Shown one piece after another: positions 46,733 to 56,197 of a DNA stretch of 64,000 nt; position 1 is the stretch's first letter, and each line of letters begins with the position of its first letter. The stretch is from an uncultured Rickettsiales bacterium (GTDB lineage Bacteria; Pseudomonadota; Alphaproteobacteria; Rickettsiales; CAZAGG01). The translations under genes were made by a program, and so were the position numbers. Location of the stretch: contig CAZAGG010000003.1 of assembly GCA_964484565.1 (NCBI GenBank), positions 7,169-71,168 on the forward strand, read 5' to 3'. The notes beneath the pieces are model-generated. The model made no database searches and was not told where the DNA came from. It was given only the letters and a program-made list of their open reading frames with translations.

Positions 46733-47067
46733 TGACAAAAAGCACTTTTTATAACCCTCTTCAAGCAGCACTATGGTTACATCAGCCATCAAGTGCAGGT
46801 TTCAGAAGCAATTATGTTGCATACATTCCAATGCATAGTGGATACGTTGATGCATTCATTCAAAACCTTGCAGAATATGGCATAAATTTCGTTGGAAAAA
46901 CTGGCCAAGTCGTTTCAGCAAAAGACTACACTCCAACCGTTATCAACCAAGATAACTATCCAATAGCCGCAATTCATATTGCAAGCTCAAGTGAAGAAAA
47001 ACTTACAACCAGCATTTTGCAGCAAAACGGCATTATAGTTAAAAGATGCTATGGCACTGTTAGCTAA
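46732..47067 (+). CDS. hypothetical protein (111 aa)
   Basis: TAATG overlap with the upstream gene. The last five codons and the stop lie inside the left arm of the 24-bp inverted repeat. Confidence 0.55.
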   Translation: MTKSTFYNPLQAALWLHQPSSAGFRSNYVAYIPMHSGYVDAFIQNLAEYGINFVGKTGQVVSAKDYTPTVINQDNYPIAAIHIASSSEEKLTTSILQQNGIIVKRCYGTVS

Positions 47068-47103
47068 TTATTTGAGATGCGCTGCGTTGTCAATTTTTTC
47101 AAG
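47068..47103 (+). repeat. 36-bp core of the dispersed repeat, identical to the reverse complement of 5902..5937
   Basis: TTATTTGAGATGCGCTGCGTTGTCAATTTTTTCAAG. It contains TTGTCA (47087..47092), followed 18 nt later by TAAAAA. Confidence 0.85.
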
Positions 47104-47197
47104 TAACAAGTAAAAATGTGCGTGTAATAGCTTGCCCTATTGCCAAACATTTTTGCGAAGTTAATTGGAAAAATTGACAGCAGCCCAGAGGGTTTGA

Positions 47198-47308
47198 ATG
47201 AAAATTGGTATAAATTTACAAGAAATACTTGCAGATAAGAGTAACTATCTGGCGCATATTTCTTGTAAATTTCTCCGCAATTTTGATTCAAACGCATTCT
47301 ACAAATAA
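47198..47308 (+). CDS. candidate small ORF (36 aa) inside the inverted-repeat-bounded segment
   Basis: ATG preceded by AGAGGG with a 5-nt spacer. Translation: MKIGINLQEILADKSNYLAHISCKFLRNFDSNAFYK. The stop lies in the right repeat arm. The ORF is too short for the track. Confidence 0.25.
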   Translation: MKIGINLQEILADKSNYLAHISCKFLRNFDSNAFYK

Positions 47309-47460
47309 TTAGCTAACAGTGCCATGAGTTTGGTGGCGCAAACAACGATTGCTTTGTTGAAAATATTGAGAACAGACTTCGCCAAAAGCTAGGAGACCTT
47401 CCATCAACAATCTTGGGAAAACCAGCAGAATTAATAGAAAAGAGATTTTAACTCTGGATT

Positions 47461-47721
47461 CTAACTCTGCCCTGGAGGCTTTCTTTCTATATCTCTCATT
47501 ATCACTTTAACAGAGTTATAGTCAATCTCTCTGCCAGATTTTGTGATGTAGTCTGGCGCAACTTCCGCCGACTCTGGAATGTATGCGGGTGAAGGGGCAG
47601 CTTGATATTCTGTATTCACTGTGTAGATGCGAGAAGTAGCTCCAACATCATACTTTTGTTCAGCGTAAGCCGCTGAAGAGTATAGAAGTAAAGAAGATAT
47701 AATCGCTATTTGCTTTAACAT
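47461..47721 (-). CDS. small secreted hypothetical protein
   Basis: 86 aa with the signal peptide MLKQIAIISSLLLYSSAAYA. Confidence 0.5.
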   Translation of the reverse strand: MLKQIAIISSLLLYSSAAYAEQKYDVGATSRIYTVNTEYQAAPSPAYIPESAEVAPDYITKSGREIDYNSVKVIMRDIERKPPGQS

Positions 47722-47901
47722 AAAAACCTTTATGGTTGTTTATGGGCGTGCTTATAAATTGAAAAATGAGCTATGACCAGAAGTATTAAGTCAGCCCTAT
47801 TCATGCAATTACTGCATACCTAGTACAAAAATAGGTGTTTTTAGAGGACTGTATCGCTATTATGTTGATTTTAAACAAATTATTTGCAGTCAAAGTTTGC
47901 T

Positions 47902-48555
47902 CTACTTCGCAAGATGGATTATTGCCTGTTCGGCTCTTACCCTTATTGATGGAGGGGTTGCAAGGTTCTCAGCGATAGATTTATAAACTTCTATAGCTTT
48001 ATCACCCTCGCCTTTTTCCAGATGAATAAGTGCGATTCTTTCTTCAGCTAGGGCTTTTAAATCTGGATTATTTTCTGAGTTTATCGCCTGAAGCGTTGAA
48101 ATCGCTTGGTCACTGTTACCATTTAAAATCTGAACATAAGCAAGAGTATTGACCGCTATTGCTTGTTTTAAAAAATTGTCAGTACTGGTTAGAGTATCTA
48201 GCTGTTTTAGTTCTTCTTCCGCCTTTTGATAGTCCTTAGAAGTCAATTGAATTGAAGCAAGATTAAGCGAAGCAAGGGTTGAATATCCTCCAACGTCAGC
48301 ATCAATTATGGCATTAAAATTGTTTATAGCTTCATCCAACTTGCCTGCTTGCATACTATCAACTGCTTTTGAATAGATAGCCGCCTGATCATAGATATTT
48401 GATTCTTTATATGACTTATAAACATTTGATATAATAACGAATAGCAAAACAAACGTAACCAACCCCGCAACATACACGCCATATCTTTTGATGATATTTT
48501 GTATCTTCTCGCGTTCTAGATCTTCCTTAATTTCCCTTGCTAATTCTGAAGACAT
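47902..48555 (-). CDS. YfgM-like membrane-anchored TPR protein
   Basis: 217 aa. A single N-terminal TM segment followed by TPR-like repeats. Confidence 0.55.
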   Translation of the reverse strand: MSSELAREIKEDLEREKIQNIIKRYGVYVAGLVTFVLLFVIISNVYKSYKESNIYDQAAIYSKAVDSMQAGKLDEAINNFNAIIDADVGGYSTLASLNLASIQLTSKDYQKAEEELKQLDTLTSTDNFLKQAIAVNTLAYVQILNGNSDQAISTLQAINSENNPDLKALAEERIALIHLEKGEGDKAIEVYKSIAENLATPPSIRVRAEQAIIHLAK

Positions 48556-48559
48556 TGCA

Positions 48560-50110
48560 CTATTCCCATTCTATAGTTGCTGGTGGTTTGCTGGTTATAT
48601 CATAAACCACCCTGTTGATACCCTTAACTTCGTTCACAATTCTACTTGCAACCCGCGCCAGAAAGCTATGTTCAAAATGATAATAGTCTGCTGTCATACC
48701 ATCTGATGATGTTACAGCTCTAAGCGCAAGAACGCTGTCATATGTTCTTCCGTCACCCATTACTCCAACAGTTCTTACTGGAAGCAACACTGCAAATGCC
48801 TGCCATATCTCGTCATAAAGTCCTGCGTTTCTGATCTCCTCGATATAAATTGCATCTGCTCTTTGCAGAATATCAACTTTATCTTTGGTTATATCGCTAG
48901 GAATTCTAATCGCAAGTCCAGGACCTGGAAAAGGATGTCGGCTAATCATATTTTCAGGGATTCCAATTTCACGGCCGAGCCTTCTAACTTCATCTTTAAA
49001 TAATGATCGCAATGGCTCAACCAGATTCATCTTCATATGCTCTGGAAGGCCGCCAACATTATGATGCGACTTTATCGTAACACTTGGCCCACCTGAATAT
49101 GATATAGACTCAATAACATCAGGATATAACGTTCCCTGAGCTAGAAAGTCTGCTCCTCCAACCTTTGCGGCCTCCTCATCAAAAATGTCAATAAAAGTCT
49201 TGCCAATTATTTTGCGCTTTTGCTCAGGATCGGTAACTCCAGCAAGCCTCGAAAGAAAAACATCTGAAGCGTCACGGTGTATGAGTGGAATATTAAAACC
49301 ATCTCTAAACATTTTTACAACTTGCTCTGCTTCTTTATATCTAAGCAAGCCAGTATCAACGAATATACACTTTACATTATCACCTATCGCATCATGCAGA
49401 AGTTTGGCAACAACAGTTGAATCAACCCCGCCGCTAACCGCGCATATAACCTTTGAATCTCCAACTTTATTTCTAATATCTTCAATTGCTTGGGTGCGGA
49501 ATGAAGACATGCTCCAATCGCCTTTGAATCCACATATATTATAGAGGAAATTTTTGATTATATCTGTTCCGCGATAAGTATGAACAACTTCTAGATGAAA
49601 CTGCACACCATATTGCCTGCGCGCACTGTTTTCAATAATCGCATAAGGAGTTGTATCAGTCGAGGCAATAACCTTAAAGCCATCAGGAATTTTTGTTACT
49701 TTATCTCCGTGACTCATCCAAACCTGATAGGATGAATTTTTTATCCACACCCCTTCTGTTAATAAAGAGTCTTCTAAGATTTTTATTTCGGCTCGGCCAA
49801 ATTCACGTTGATCAGATGGTTGAACATCCCCCCCCAAAATACCGCACATGAGTTGCTGTCCATAGCATATGCCGAGTATTGGAAGGCCGAGATTAAATAT
49901 CTCTTTATCAACAGTTGGTGCATTATTTTCCTGAACCGATGCTGGCCCACCAGAAAGTATTATAGCCTTTGCATTCAAAGACTTTATCTTATCAAGAGAT
50001 GTCGAACAGGGGATAACCTCAGAATAAACGTTAAGCTCACGCGCCCTTCGCGCTATTAGCTGGGTAAACTGAGAACCAAAATCAATTATAAGTACTTTTT
50101 CTTCATTCAT
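48560..50110 (-). CDS. guaA: GMP synthase (glutamine-hydrolysing)
   Basis: [31 protein letters not shown] and a C-terminal ...PPATIEWE. I prefer the ATG at 50110 over the TTG at 50134 used by the track. Confidence 0.95.
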   Translation of the reverse strand: MNEEKVLIIDFGSQFTQLIARRARELNVYSEVIPCSTSLDKIKSLNAKAIILSGGPASVQENNAPTVDKEIFNLGLPILGICYGQQLMCGILGGDVQPSDQREFGRAEIKILEDSLLTEGVWIKNSSYQVWMSHGDKVTKIPDGFKVIASTDTTPYAIIENSARRQYGVQFHLEVVHTYRGTDIIKNFLYNICGFKGDWSMSSFRTQAIEDIRNKVGDSKVICAVSGGVDSTVVAKLLHDAIGDNVKCIFVDTGLLRYKEAEQVVKMFRDGFNIPLIHRDASDVFLSRLAGVTDPEQKRKIIGKTFIDIFDEEAAKVGGADFLAQGTLYPDVIESISYSGGPSVTIKSHHNVGGLPEHMKMNLVEPLRSLFKDEVRRLGREIGIPENMISRHPFPGPGLAIRIPSDITKDKVDILQRADAIYIEEIRNAGLYDEIWQAFAVLLPVRTVGVMGDGRTYDSVLALRAVTSSDGMTADYYHFEHSFLARVASRIVNEVKGINRVVYDITSKPPATIEWE

Positions 50111-50244
50111 AATAGCTACATGTTTAAAAGCCAAAATTCTTGACTATCAAGTTGTTTTTTGAGTATGTCTATTTACAATATTTTGCAATGCTTATTTATA
50201 AAGCATTTCAAACAATAATTTATAATCTTTTTTCTCGTTAGTAT

Positions 50245-51267
50245 ATGCGCCTGATAATTATATTTATGATTCTTGCTCTATCTGTTGGTGCAGCTTATGT
50301 TGCATTTCAGGTGACCAATAAAGAAAAAAAAGAAGAGGTGAAAGTCGTTGTTGAACCACGAATTGTCAAAGAAGAGGTTCCAACTGAGCTTGTGCTTGTT
50401 GCAAGAAGCCCAATCCCTGTGGGAACGCCACTCAAGCCAGAAATGCTGGATAGACAGCCTTGGCCAAAACATTTAATAGTTGGCGATTTCATCATAAGCG
50501 ATGGGCAAGACTCTGATGTATCGGGGATGGTAACAAGAGCACCATTCCAAGCTAACGAGCCAATTATAAGAACTAAACTTGCAAATCCATCTGATCCTAG
50601 CTTCCTCGCTGCATGGGTGAGAGATGGGATGCGAGCAGTTACCGTTTCTGTAGATGGAATATCAGGCGTTGCAGGCTTCATTTATCCAGGCGACCATGTG
50701 GATGTTATTTTGACCCACAACGTTCCTGTAAATAAAGATCCAGCTTCTGCAGATAGCTCAACTAAGGATAAAACAATGCCCCTGTCTGAAGTTATGATTC
50801 AGGATGTAAAAGTTCTAGCTGTCGATCAGAAATATTCTACAGAACCAGGACAACTTCCTACCGCACCGAATAGTGTAACAATCGAGGTTAGCCCTGTTGA
50901 TGCTCAGAAAATCAGACTCGCTGAAAACAATAAGGGCTCCATTTCTCTTGCTCTACGCGGTATCAAGAAAGATGAGAATGCAGAATCTGCTTTCCTTCCT
51001 CGCCCTGTTGGAGTTGCCGATCTTTCACGCACTTTACCTCCCACATACTATCCGATTTTATTTGAGGCTGATAACAACTTTAGGGCAAAAGTTATTAATC
51101 CATATAAAGGCGAAACAGCTAATCAAGAAGGAAGTGACGAAAATATGGAAAATCTTGCCGACCTAAAATCTTTGTCATCACAAGCTATGGAAAAACTCAG
51201 CGGTGAAACTTCAATTACAATCTTTAGGGGCACTCAGAAAGAAACTGTTGGGGTTGCAAATCAATGA
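50245..51267 (+). CDS. cpaB: Flp/Tad pilus assembly protein CpaB (RcpC)
   Basis: 340 aa. N-terminal TM segment, SAF-like domain, then an RcpC region. Confidence 0.8.
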   Translation: MRLIIIFMILALSVGAAYVAFQVTNKEKKEEVKVVVEPRIVKEEVPTELVLVARSPIPVGTPLKPEMLDRQPWPKHLIVGDFIISDGQDSDVSGMVTRAPFQANEPIIRTKLANPSDPSFLAAWVRDGMRAVTVSVDGISGVAGFIYPGDHVDVILTHNVPVNKDPASADSSTKDKTMPLSEVMIQDVKVLAVDQKYSTEPGQLPTAPNSVTIEVSPVDAQKIRLAENNKGSISLALRGIKKDENAESAFLPRPVGVADLSRTLPPTYYPILFEADNNFRAKVINPYKGETANQEGSDENMENLADLKSLSSQAMEKLSGETSITIFRGTQKETVGVANQ

Positions 51268-52730
51268 AAATATCGTTTACTTATTTGGATTATATGAAAA
51301 AAACATCTGTACTACTCCTTTTATCGGGCTTCTTTTTTGCTTTGTCTGCTTCGAATAACTCGGCAATGGCAGATACTGTTGAGATACCTGTGAATAAGTC
51401 TGAAATAATCAGCATTGATGGCAATATGAAAGAGATGATTGTTGCAGACCCTACAATCGCTGATGTTGTAGCACATGGTAGCAACAAGATTTCCGTGATC
51501 GGCAAAAGAGTTGGAAAGACTACGATAAGTATATTCGGCGAGCAAAACAAAGTTTTAAGAGATATTGAAATATCAATCACTTACGACTTACAGCTAATCC
51601 GCAAAACACTAGGAACTTTCTTCCCTAACGAATCTGTTGGCGTTGAAATGGTTGGCTCTAACATTGCTCTTACGGGAACTGTTAACGACGCTGATACAGC
51701 AAATAAGATAGTTAACGTTGTGAATCAATTTATCACCAACATTTCTGGTGGAACGCCAGCGGCTTCTACAAGCTCTTCATCTGGAAATGACACAACACCT
51801 ACAACAAATTATCCCAATATCATTAACATGCTACAAATCAAATCTGGCCAGCAGGTTATGCTTAGGGTTAGGGTTGGTGAGATTCAAAGAAATGCACTGA
51901 AAAAACTTGGGTTTAGCTTAGGCGCACAAACCACTAGAGGTAATGCTACAGTAGGGTTTGAAGCAGGGGGGCAAGAGTTATTCCGTGGTGCTGGCGAACA
52001 ACCTTTTAGCAGAACTTTAGGAGAGACTGGGCTTGGCATGATATGGGGTGCAGGCTCAGTGAGCGTACAAGCTGCACTTGATGCACTTGAAACTGATGGG
52101 CTTTTCAAAGTTTTAGCTGAACCAAACCTTGTTGCAATATCAGGCGAAAAAGCTGAATTTTTGGCGGGTGGAGAATTTCCAATTCCTATCAACGGAAGCG
52201 ACGATAATATAACCGTTGAATTCAAACAATATGGCGTTGCTGTTCAGTTTACTCCATATGTTTTATCACCTGAGAGAATTAGGCTAGTGGTTCAGCCAGA
52301 AGTTTCAGAATTAACGGATGTTGGCTCCGTTAATGTTAATGGTCTTGTTATTCCTGCAATTTCTGCAAGAAGAGCTAAAACAACAATCGAACTTGCACCA
52401 GGCGAAGGCTTCATGATTGCTGGCCTTATCAAAGATAAACTTGATACTAACGTTAATGAAACACCTGGAGTTGCTGAAGTTCCGATTTTAAGCTCCTTGT
52501 TTAGAGCAACAAGTTTTGAAAGATCTGAAACAGAGCTTGTGATTGCAGTTACGCCATATCTTGTTGACCCTATGGTTAGCAAAGATATTAAACTACCTAC
52601 AGATAATTTCAAACCTGCATCAGTTATGGATTCTATATTTTACGGTGCAATTGGCAGTTTAGACGGAGATGCTTTGGAACGTTCGCAACGTCCGAAACTT
52701 GAAGGCCCTGTCGGCTTTATGGTGGAGTAA
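51264..52730 (+). CDS. cpaC: Tad pilus secretin CpaC (RcpA)
   Basis: 488 aa. Signal peptide, BON-like N-domain and the secretin core (LAEPNLVAISGEKAEFLAGGEFP). ATGA overlap with cpaB. Confidence 0.88.
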   Translation: MKISFTYLDYMKKTSVLLLLSGFFFALSASNNSAMADTVEIPVNKSEIISIDGNMKEMIVADPTIADVVAHGSNKISVIGKRVGKTTISIFGEQNKVLRDIEISITYDLQLIRKTLGTFFPNESVGVEMVGSNIALTGTVNDADTANKIVNVVNQFITNISGGTPAASTSSSSGNDTTPTTNYPNIINMLQIKSGQQVMLRVRVGEIQRNALKKLGFSLGAQTTRGNATVGFEAGGQELFRGAGEQPFSRTLGETGLGMIWGAGSVSVQAALDALETDGLFKVLAEPNLVAISGEKAEFLAGGEFPIPINGSDDNITVEFKQYGVAVQFTPYVLSPERIRLVVQPEVSELTDVGSVNVNGLVIPAISARRAKTTIELAPGEGFMIAGLIKDKLDTNVNETPGVAEVPILSSLFRATSFERSETELVIAVTPYLVDPMVSKDIKLPTDNFKPASVMDSIFYGAIGSLDGDALERSQRPKLEGPVGFMVE

Positions 52731-52733
52731 CAA

Positions 52734-53357
52734 GTGCTATTAAAAACTGAAAATCATTCAAACGGCAACTTTATGAAAAAATTTGTAAAATTTAAATCCA
52801 CACTTATGCTTATCTTACTTATTAGTGCATGTAGTGAGATTCCGCCTCAAGCCTATTATAATGCTGGTGACCCTGAGATTCAGCTTGATTATAAGAACGA
52901 GAAAATCAGCCTGCCTATCACCGACTCAAGATCAGTGAAAGAATTAAGGAGCATGCTATCAAAAGAGCGTCCTACCTATGCTGAGTTTGCATGCTTTGCC
53001 AGATCTCCTGTATGCCGAGATGCTGAACGTGCTCTGAAGGATGCTGGTGTTGAGATTAGAAACTCTGCAAGTGGCAGCGGGGTATCTTTGATATATAAAA
53101 AAGTTGTTGCCAGAGACTGTGACCAAAGTTTTCTTACCAACCATGTAAATCCTTACAACTTAAACCATCAGGCTTATGGCTGTTCTATCAGGGGAAATAT
53201 GTTGCAGATGGTTAGTGACCGCGAACAATTCACCAATCCGAAGATGATGGGCAACAGCAGTGGAGAGAAAGCCGTTCAGGCAATGGATAACTATCGCAAG
53301 GTTCCAAAATCTCAAGATTTCATCCAGAGCTACAGCAGCACATTCAGCAGTAACTAG
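52734..53357 (+). CDS. cpaD: CpaD-like pilus biogenesis lipoprotein
   Basis: Lipobox LLISAC. The position between cpaC and cpaE and the Cys pattern fit CpaD. The likely start is the ATG at 52773. Confidence 0.6.
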   Translation: MLLKTENHSNGNFMKKFVKFKSTLMLILLISACSEIPPQAYYNAGDPEIQLDYKNEKISLPITDSRSVKELRSMLSKERPTYAEFACFARSPVCRDAERALKDAGVEIRNSASGSGVSLIYKKVVARDCDQSFLTNHVNPYNLNHQAYGCSIRGNMLQMVSDREQFTNPKMMGNSSGEKAVQAMDNYRKVPKSQDFIQSYSSTFSSN

Positions 53358-53368
53358 GAAAGACAACT

Positions 53369-54595
53369 ATGGTGACAAATACCCCCGTAATGGCTGTACT
53401 TTCAAATGCGGATGAACGCGATTTCGCAAATCAGATCGCTAACGCACTTGGATATTCTCATGCAAATGTTGTTGTTGGAACTCCATCTGAGGCTGCAAAT
53501 GCACTTGCTGCGAAAACCTTTCCCGTTCCACAATATCTATTAATTGATATTGCTGAAAGAGGCTTTGACATTCTCGCTGAAATCGATGCGTTGGCAGAAT
53601 ATTGCGATGCGGATACTCGAGTGGTGGTAATGGGCGCGGTTAATGATGTATCTTTTTATCGTGAACTTAGGGGCAGAGGAATAATTGAATATTTTGTACG
53701 TCCTGCAAAAATTAGTGATATTCGCGCGGCATTAACCTATGATGATGATGGAATTAAGGCTGGCAAATCTAGCATTATATCATTCATGAGCGCAGCTTCA
53801 GGAGATGGTGCGAGCACAGTTGCTTTGAATGTCGCCTACTCTCTTGCCAAGAAATTTAAACAGTCCACCGTTTTAATAGACATGGATTTTCAGTTTGGAA
53901 TGGCAGCTCGAAGCCTTGATATTTCGAGTCCATTCGGAATAAAAGAATTGCTGGAACACCCTGAAAGAGGGGTTGATTCAACATTACTTGATAGAATGAC
54001 CGTTGAATATGACGGCTGTTTAAAAGTAATAGCCGCTCCTAATGATTTGAGATATTGGCCAGCGATTAAACCTGAGTTAATCAGAGATCTGATAGCCACC
54101 TTAAGCCAAAGGTATGATTTTATTATTCTTGATCTACCTCATATTTGGTCTACGTGGATAGGAGCCGCAATAAGTGATTCTCACGAAGCAGTAATGGTTT
54201 CGCAGTTATGGCTTCGCTCTGTTACGCATACCTCAAGAATTGTAAATGCTTGGCGTGAAATAGGAATTGATGACGATAATATTTCGATTGTAATTAATAG
54301 AAGTGGCGCAAAATTCAAAGAGGCAATCAATCATAAAGATTTTGAGAGAGTTTGCGGTAAGAAGATTAATTCTTATCTCACTAACGATATTAAAAGCATA
54401 GTTGCGGCAGAAAACGAAGGTAAAACAGTCATCGAAATGGGCGATACCACACTCGGAATTCAACTTAATGAACTCGCCGCAGAGATATTAAGAAAACACA
54501 AAGGCAATGCTGCTGCTGATAAAATCGAAGAGGGAAATGCATCTAACAACAAGAAATCTGGCCTAAGCCTAGCTTCTGTTTTTAGCAAAAAGTAA
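53369..54595 (+). CDS. cpaE: Tad pilus assembly ATPase-like protein CpaE (TadZ)
   Basis: 408 aa. A receiver-like N-domain followed by a MinD/ParA-like domain (IISFMSAASGDGASTVALNVA). Confidence 0.8.
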   Translation: MVTNTPVMAVLSNADERDFANQIANALGYSHANVVVGTPSEAANALAAKTFPVPQYLLIDIAERGFDILAEIDALAEYCDADTRVVVMGAVNDVSFYRELRGRGIIEYFVRPAKISDIRAALTYDDDGIKAGKSSIISFMSAASGDGASTVALNVAYSLAKKFKQSTVLIDMDFQFGMAARSLDISSPFGIKELLEHPERGVDSTLLDRMTVEYDGCLKVIAAPNDLRYWPAIKPELIRDLIATLSQRYDFIILDLPHIWSTWIGAAISDSHEAVMVSQLWLRSVTHTSRIVNAWREIGIDDDNISIVINRSGAKFKEAINHKDFERVCGKKINSYLTNDIKSIVAAENEGKTVIEMGDTTLGIQLNELAAEILRKHKGNAAADKIEEGNASNNKKSGLSLASVFSKK

Positions 54596-54670
54596 TAAAT
54601 TTCTCATATTTTTGTATTATACATAAAGCAGTATTACTTATAAGTTGTTTTAGAAAAAGGTCTTTTGATA

Positions 54671-56197
54671 ATGTCATTTGGTAAGAAAACAGGTTTTGGC
54701 TTTGGTGGATTCGGCAAGTCTGGTTCAGATGACGCTGGCAAAAATCAACCTCAAACACCTCAATCAACCAATACAGCAGAGCCTCTAAAAAGCCCTGATA
54801 GTCAGAAACCCGAAAATATTTCCCCCGCTGTAATTGCAGAAGCACCTCAAAAGAAAATACAAATTCCAAACGTGAAAGTTGGCGATAATATTGTCCGCTA
54901 TCTTGATTCACGACTTGAAAATGATGCATATAGAACAGCCCGACTACATGTTCTTGAGGCAATGCTTGAGAAAATAGACTTTGATGCTTTAGAGAAATTA
55001 CCGCAGGCAATCAAGAAAGAAAAAATTAGTAAATCTGCCGACTCATTAATTGCAGAGCTTACGATTCCGCTCAATGCCAACCAGCAAGCAGTTCTTCATC
55101 AATCTATCATTGATGAAATGCTTGGTTTTGGCCCGCTTGAGCCACTGATGAAAGATCCTGATGTTTCAGATATCATGATAAACACGCACAAGATGATATA
55201 TATTGAGAAAAACGGCAAATTATCATTATGTGATCTTACTTTTGCGAGTGAAAAACACCTTATCAATATTATTCAAAAAATCGTCTCAACAGTTGGCAGA
55301 AGGGTTGATGAAACAAGCCCAATGGTTGACGCTAGAATGCCAGATGGCTCAAGGTTTAACGCAATTATTCCTCCTCTTGCGCTTGATGGCTGTCTAGTTT
55401 CTATAAGGAAATTTAAGAAGAATAAAATGCCTCTTAGCGACTATATTGGATATGGCTCGCTTACTCCACAAATGGCTAAATTCCTTGAGATATGCGGCCA
55501 TATAAGACTCAACATTATTATTTCAGGAGGTACTGGTTCAGGTAAAACCACACTTCTAAACGCCCTTTCTGGAAATATTGATGAAGGTGAGCGCGTTATA
55601 ACAATTGAAGATGCGGCAGAGCTTAAACTGCATCAACCCCACGTTTTAAGATTAGAGACTCGACCAGCAAACGTAGAGGGAAGTGGAGAAATAAATCAGA
55701 GACAACTCGTCAAAAACGCTCTTCGTATGCGCCCTGATAGAATAATTCTCGGTGAGATTCGTGGAGATGAGGTAATAGACGTTCTAGCCGCCATGAACAC
55801 GGGTCACGATGGCTCTATGGCGACCATACACGCTAATAATCCTCGTGATTGCCTCTCAAGAATCGAAAACCTTGTAGGAATGACAGGCGTTACAATCCCT
55901 ATGGTCGCACTAAGGCAGCAGATTTCAAGTGCGGTTAACCTAATCGTTCAAATTGCGCGTATGCGAGATGGAAAAAGAAGAATAACCCATATAGAAGAAA
56001 TAGTTGGCTTAGAAGGTGAAATAATAACCACACAAACTTTATTTGGATATAAACCCGGCCCAATGGGAGAAGATGGTGTTCTCATGGGTACTTTTTATTC
56101 AAGCGGAATAAGACCAAGATTCTATGAACAAGCGATTTATTTCAATCGTGATCAAGAGATGGATGAAGCTCTTGGAATTGCGAGAGGTAATATTTAA
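54671..56197 (+). CDS. cpaF: Tad pilus secretion ATPase CpaF (TadA)
   Basis: Walker A SGGTGSGKTT, Walker B-like RIILGEIRG and TGHDGSMATIHAN. I prefer the ATG at 54671; the track uses a TTG at 54665. Confidence 0.92.
   Translation: MSFGKKTGFGFGGFGKSGSDDAGKNQPQTPQSTNTAEPLKSPDSQKPENISPAVIAEAPQKKIQIPNVKVGDNIVRYLDSRLENDAYRTARLHVLEAMLEKIDFDALEKLPQAIKKEKISKSADSLIAELTIPLNANQQAVLHQSIIDEMLGFGPLEPLMKDPDVSDIMINTHKMIYIEKNGKLSLCDLTFASEKHLINIIQKIVSTVGRRVDETSPMVDARMPDGSRFNAIIPPLALDGCLVSIRKFKKNKMPLSDYIGYGSLTPQMAKFLEICGHIRLNIIISGGTGSGKTTLLNALSGNIDEGERVITIEDAAELKLHQPHVLRLETRPANVEGSGEINQRQLVKNALRMRPDRIILGEIRGDEVIDVLAAMNTGHDGSMATIHANNPRDCLSRIENLVGMTGVTIPMVALRQQISSAVNLIVQIARMRDGKRRITHIEEIVGLEGEIITTQTLFGYKPGPMGEDGVLMGTFYSSGIRPRFYEQAIYFNRDQEMDEALGIARGNI

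Larger units (their letters stand above)
47051..47325. repeat. perfect 24-bp inverted repeat (47051..47074 and 47302..47325) bracketing 227 bp
   Basis: The left arm is ATGGCACTGTTAGCTAATTATTTG. The right arm, CAAATAATTAGCTAACAGTGCCAT, is its exact reverse complement. Confidence 0.9.

Noticed and set aside
47051-47110. Interpretation of the gene-end repeat as an integron attC site
   Set aside because: The R''/R' core sites (RYYYAAC ... GTTRRRY) are not satisfied: GTTAGCT has C where a purine is required. There is no intI gene and no cassette array organisation.
47064-47297. 77-aa minus-strand ORF filling the inverted-repeat-bounded segment
   Set aside because: No ribosome-binding site and an odd composition. 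It is antisense to the better-supported 36-aa ORF and to the promoter-like sequence, and it is probably a chance ORF in AT-rich DNA.
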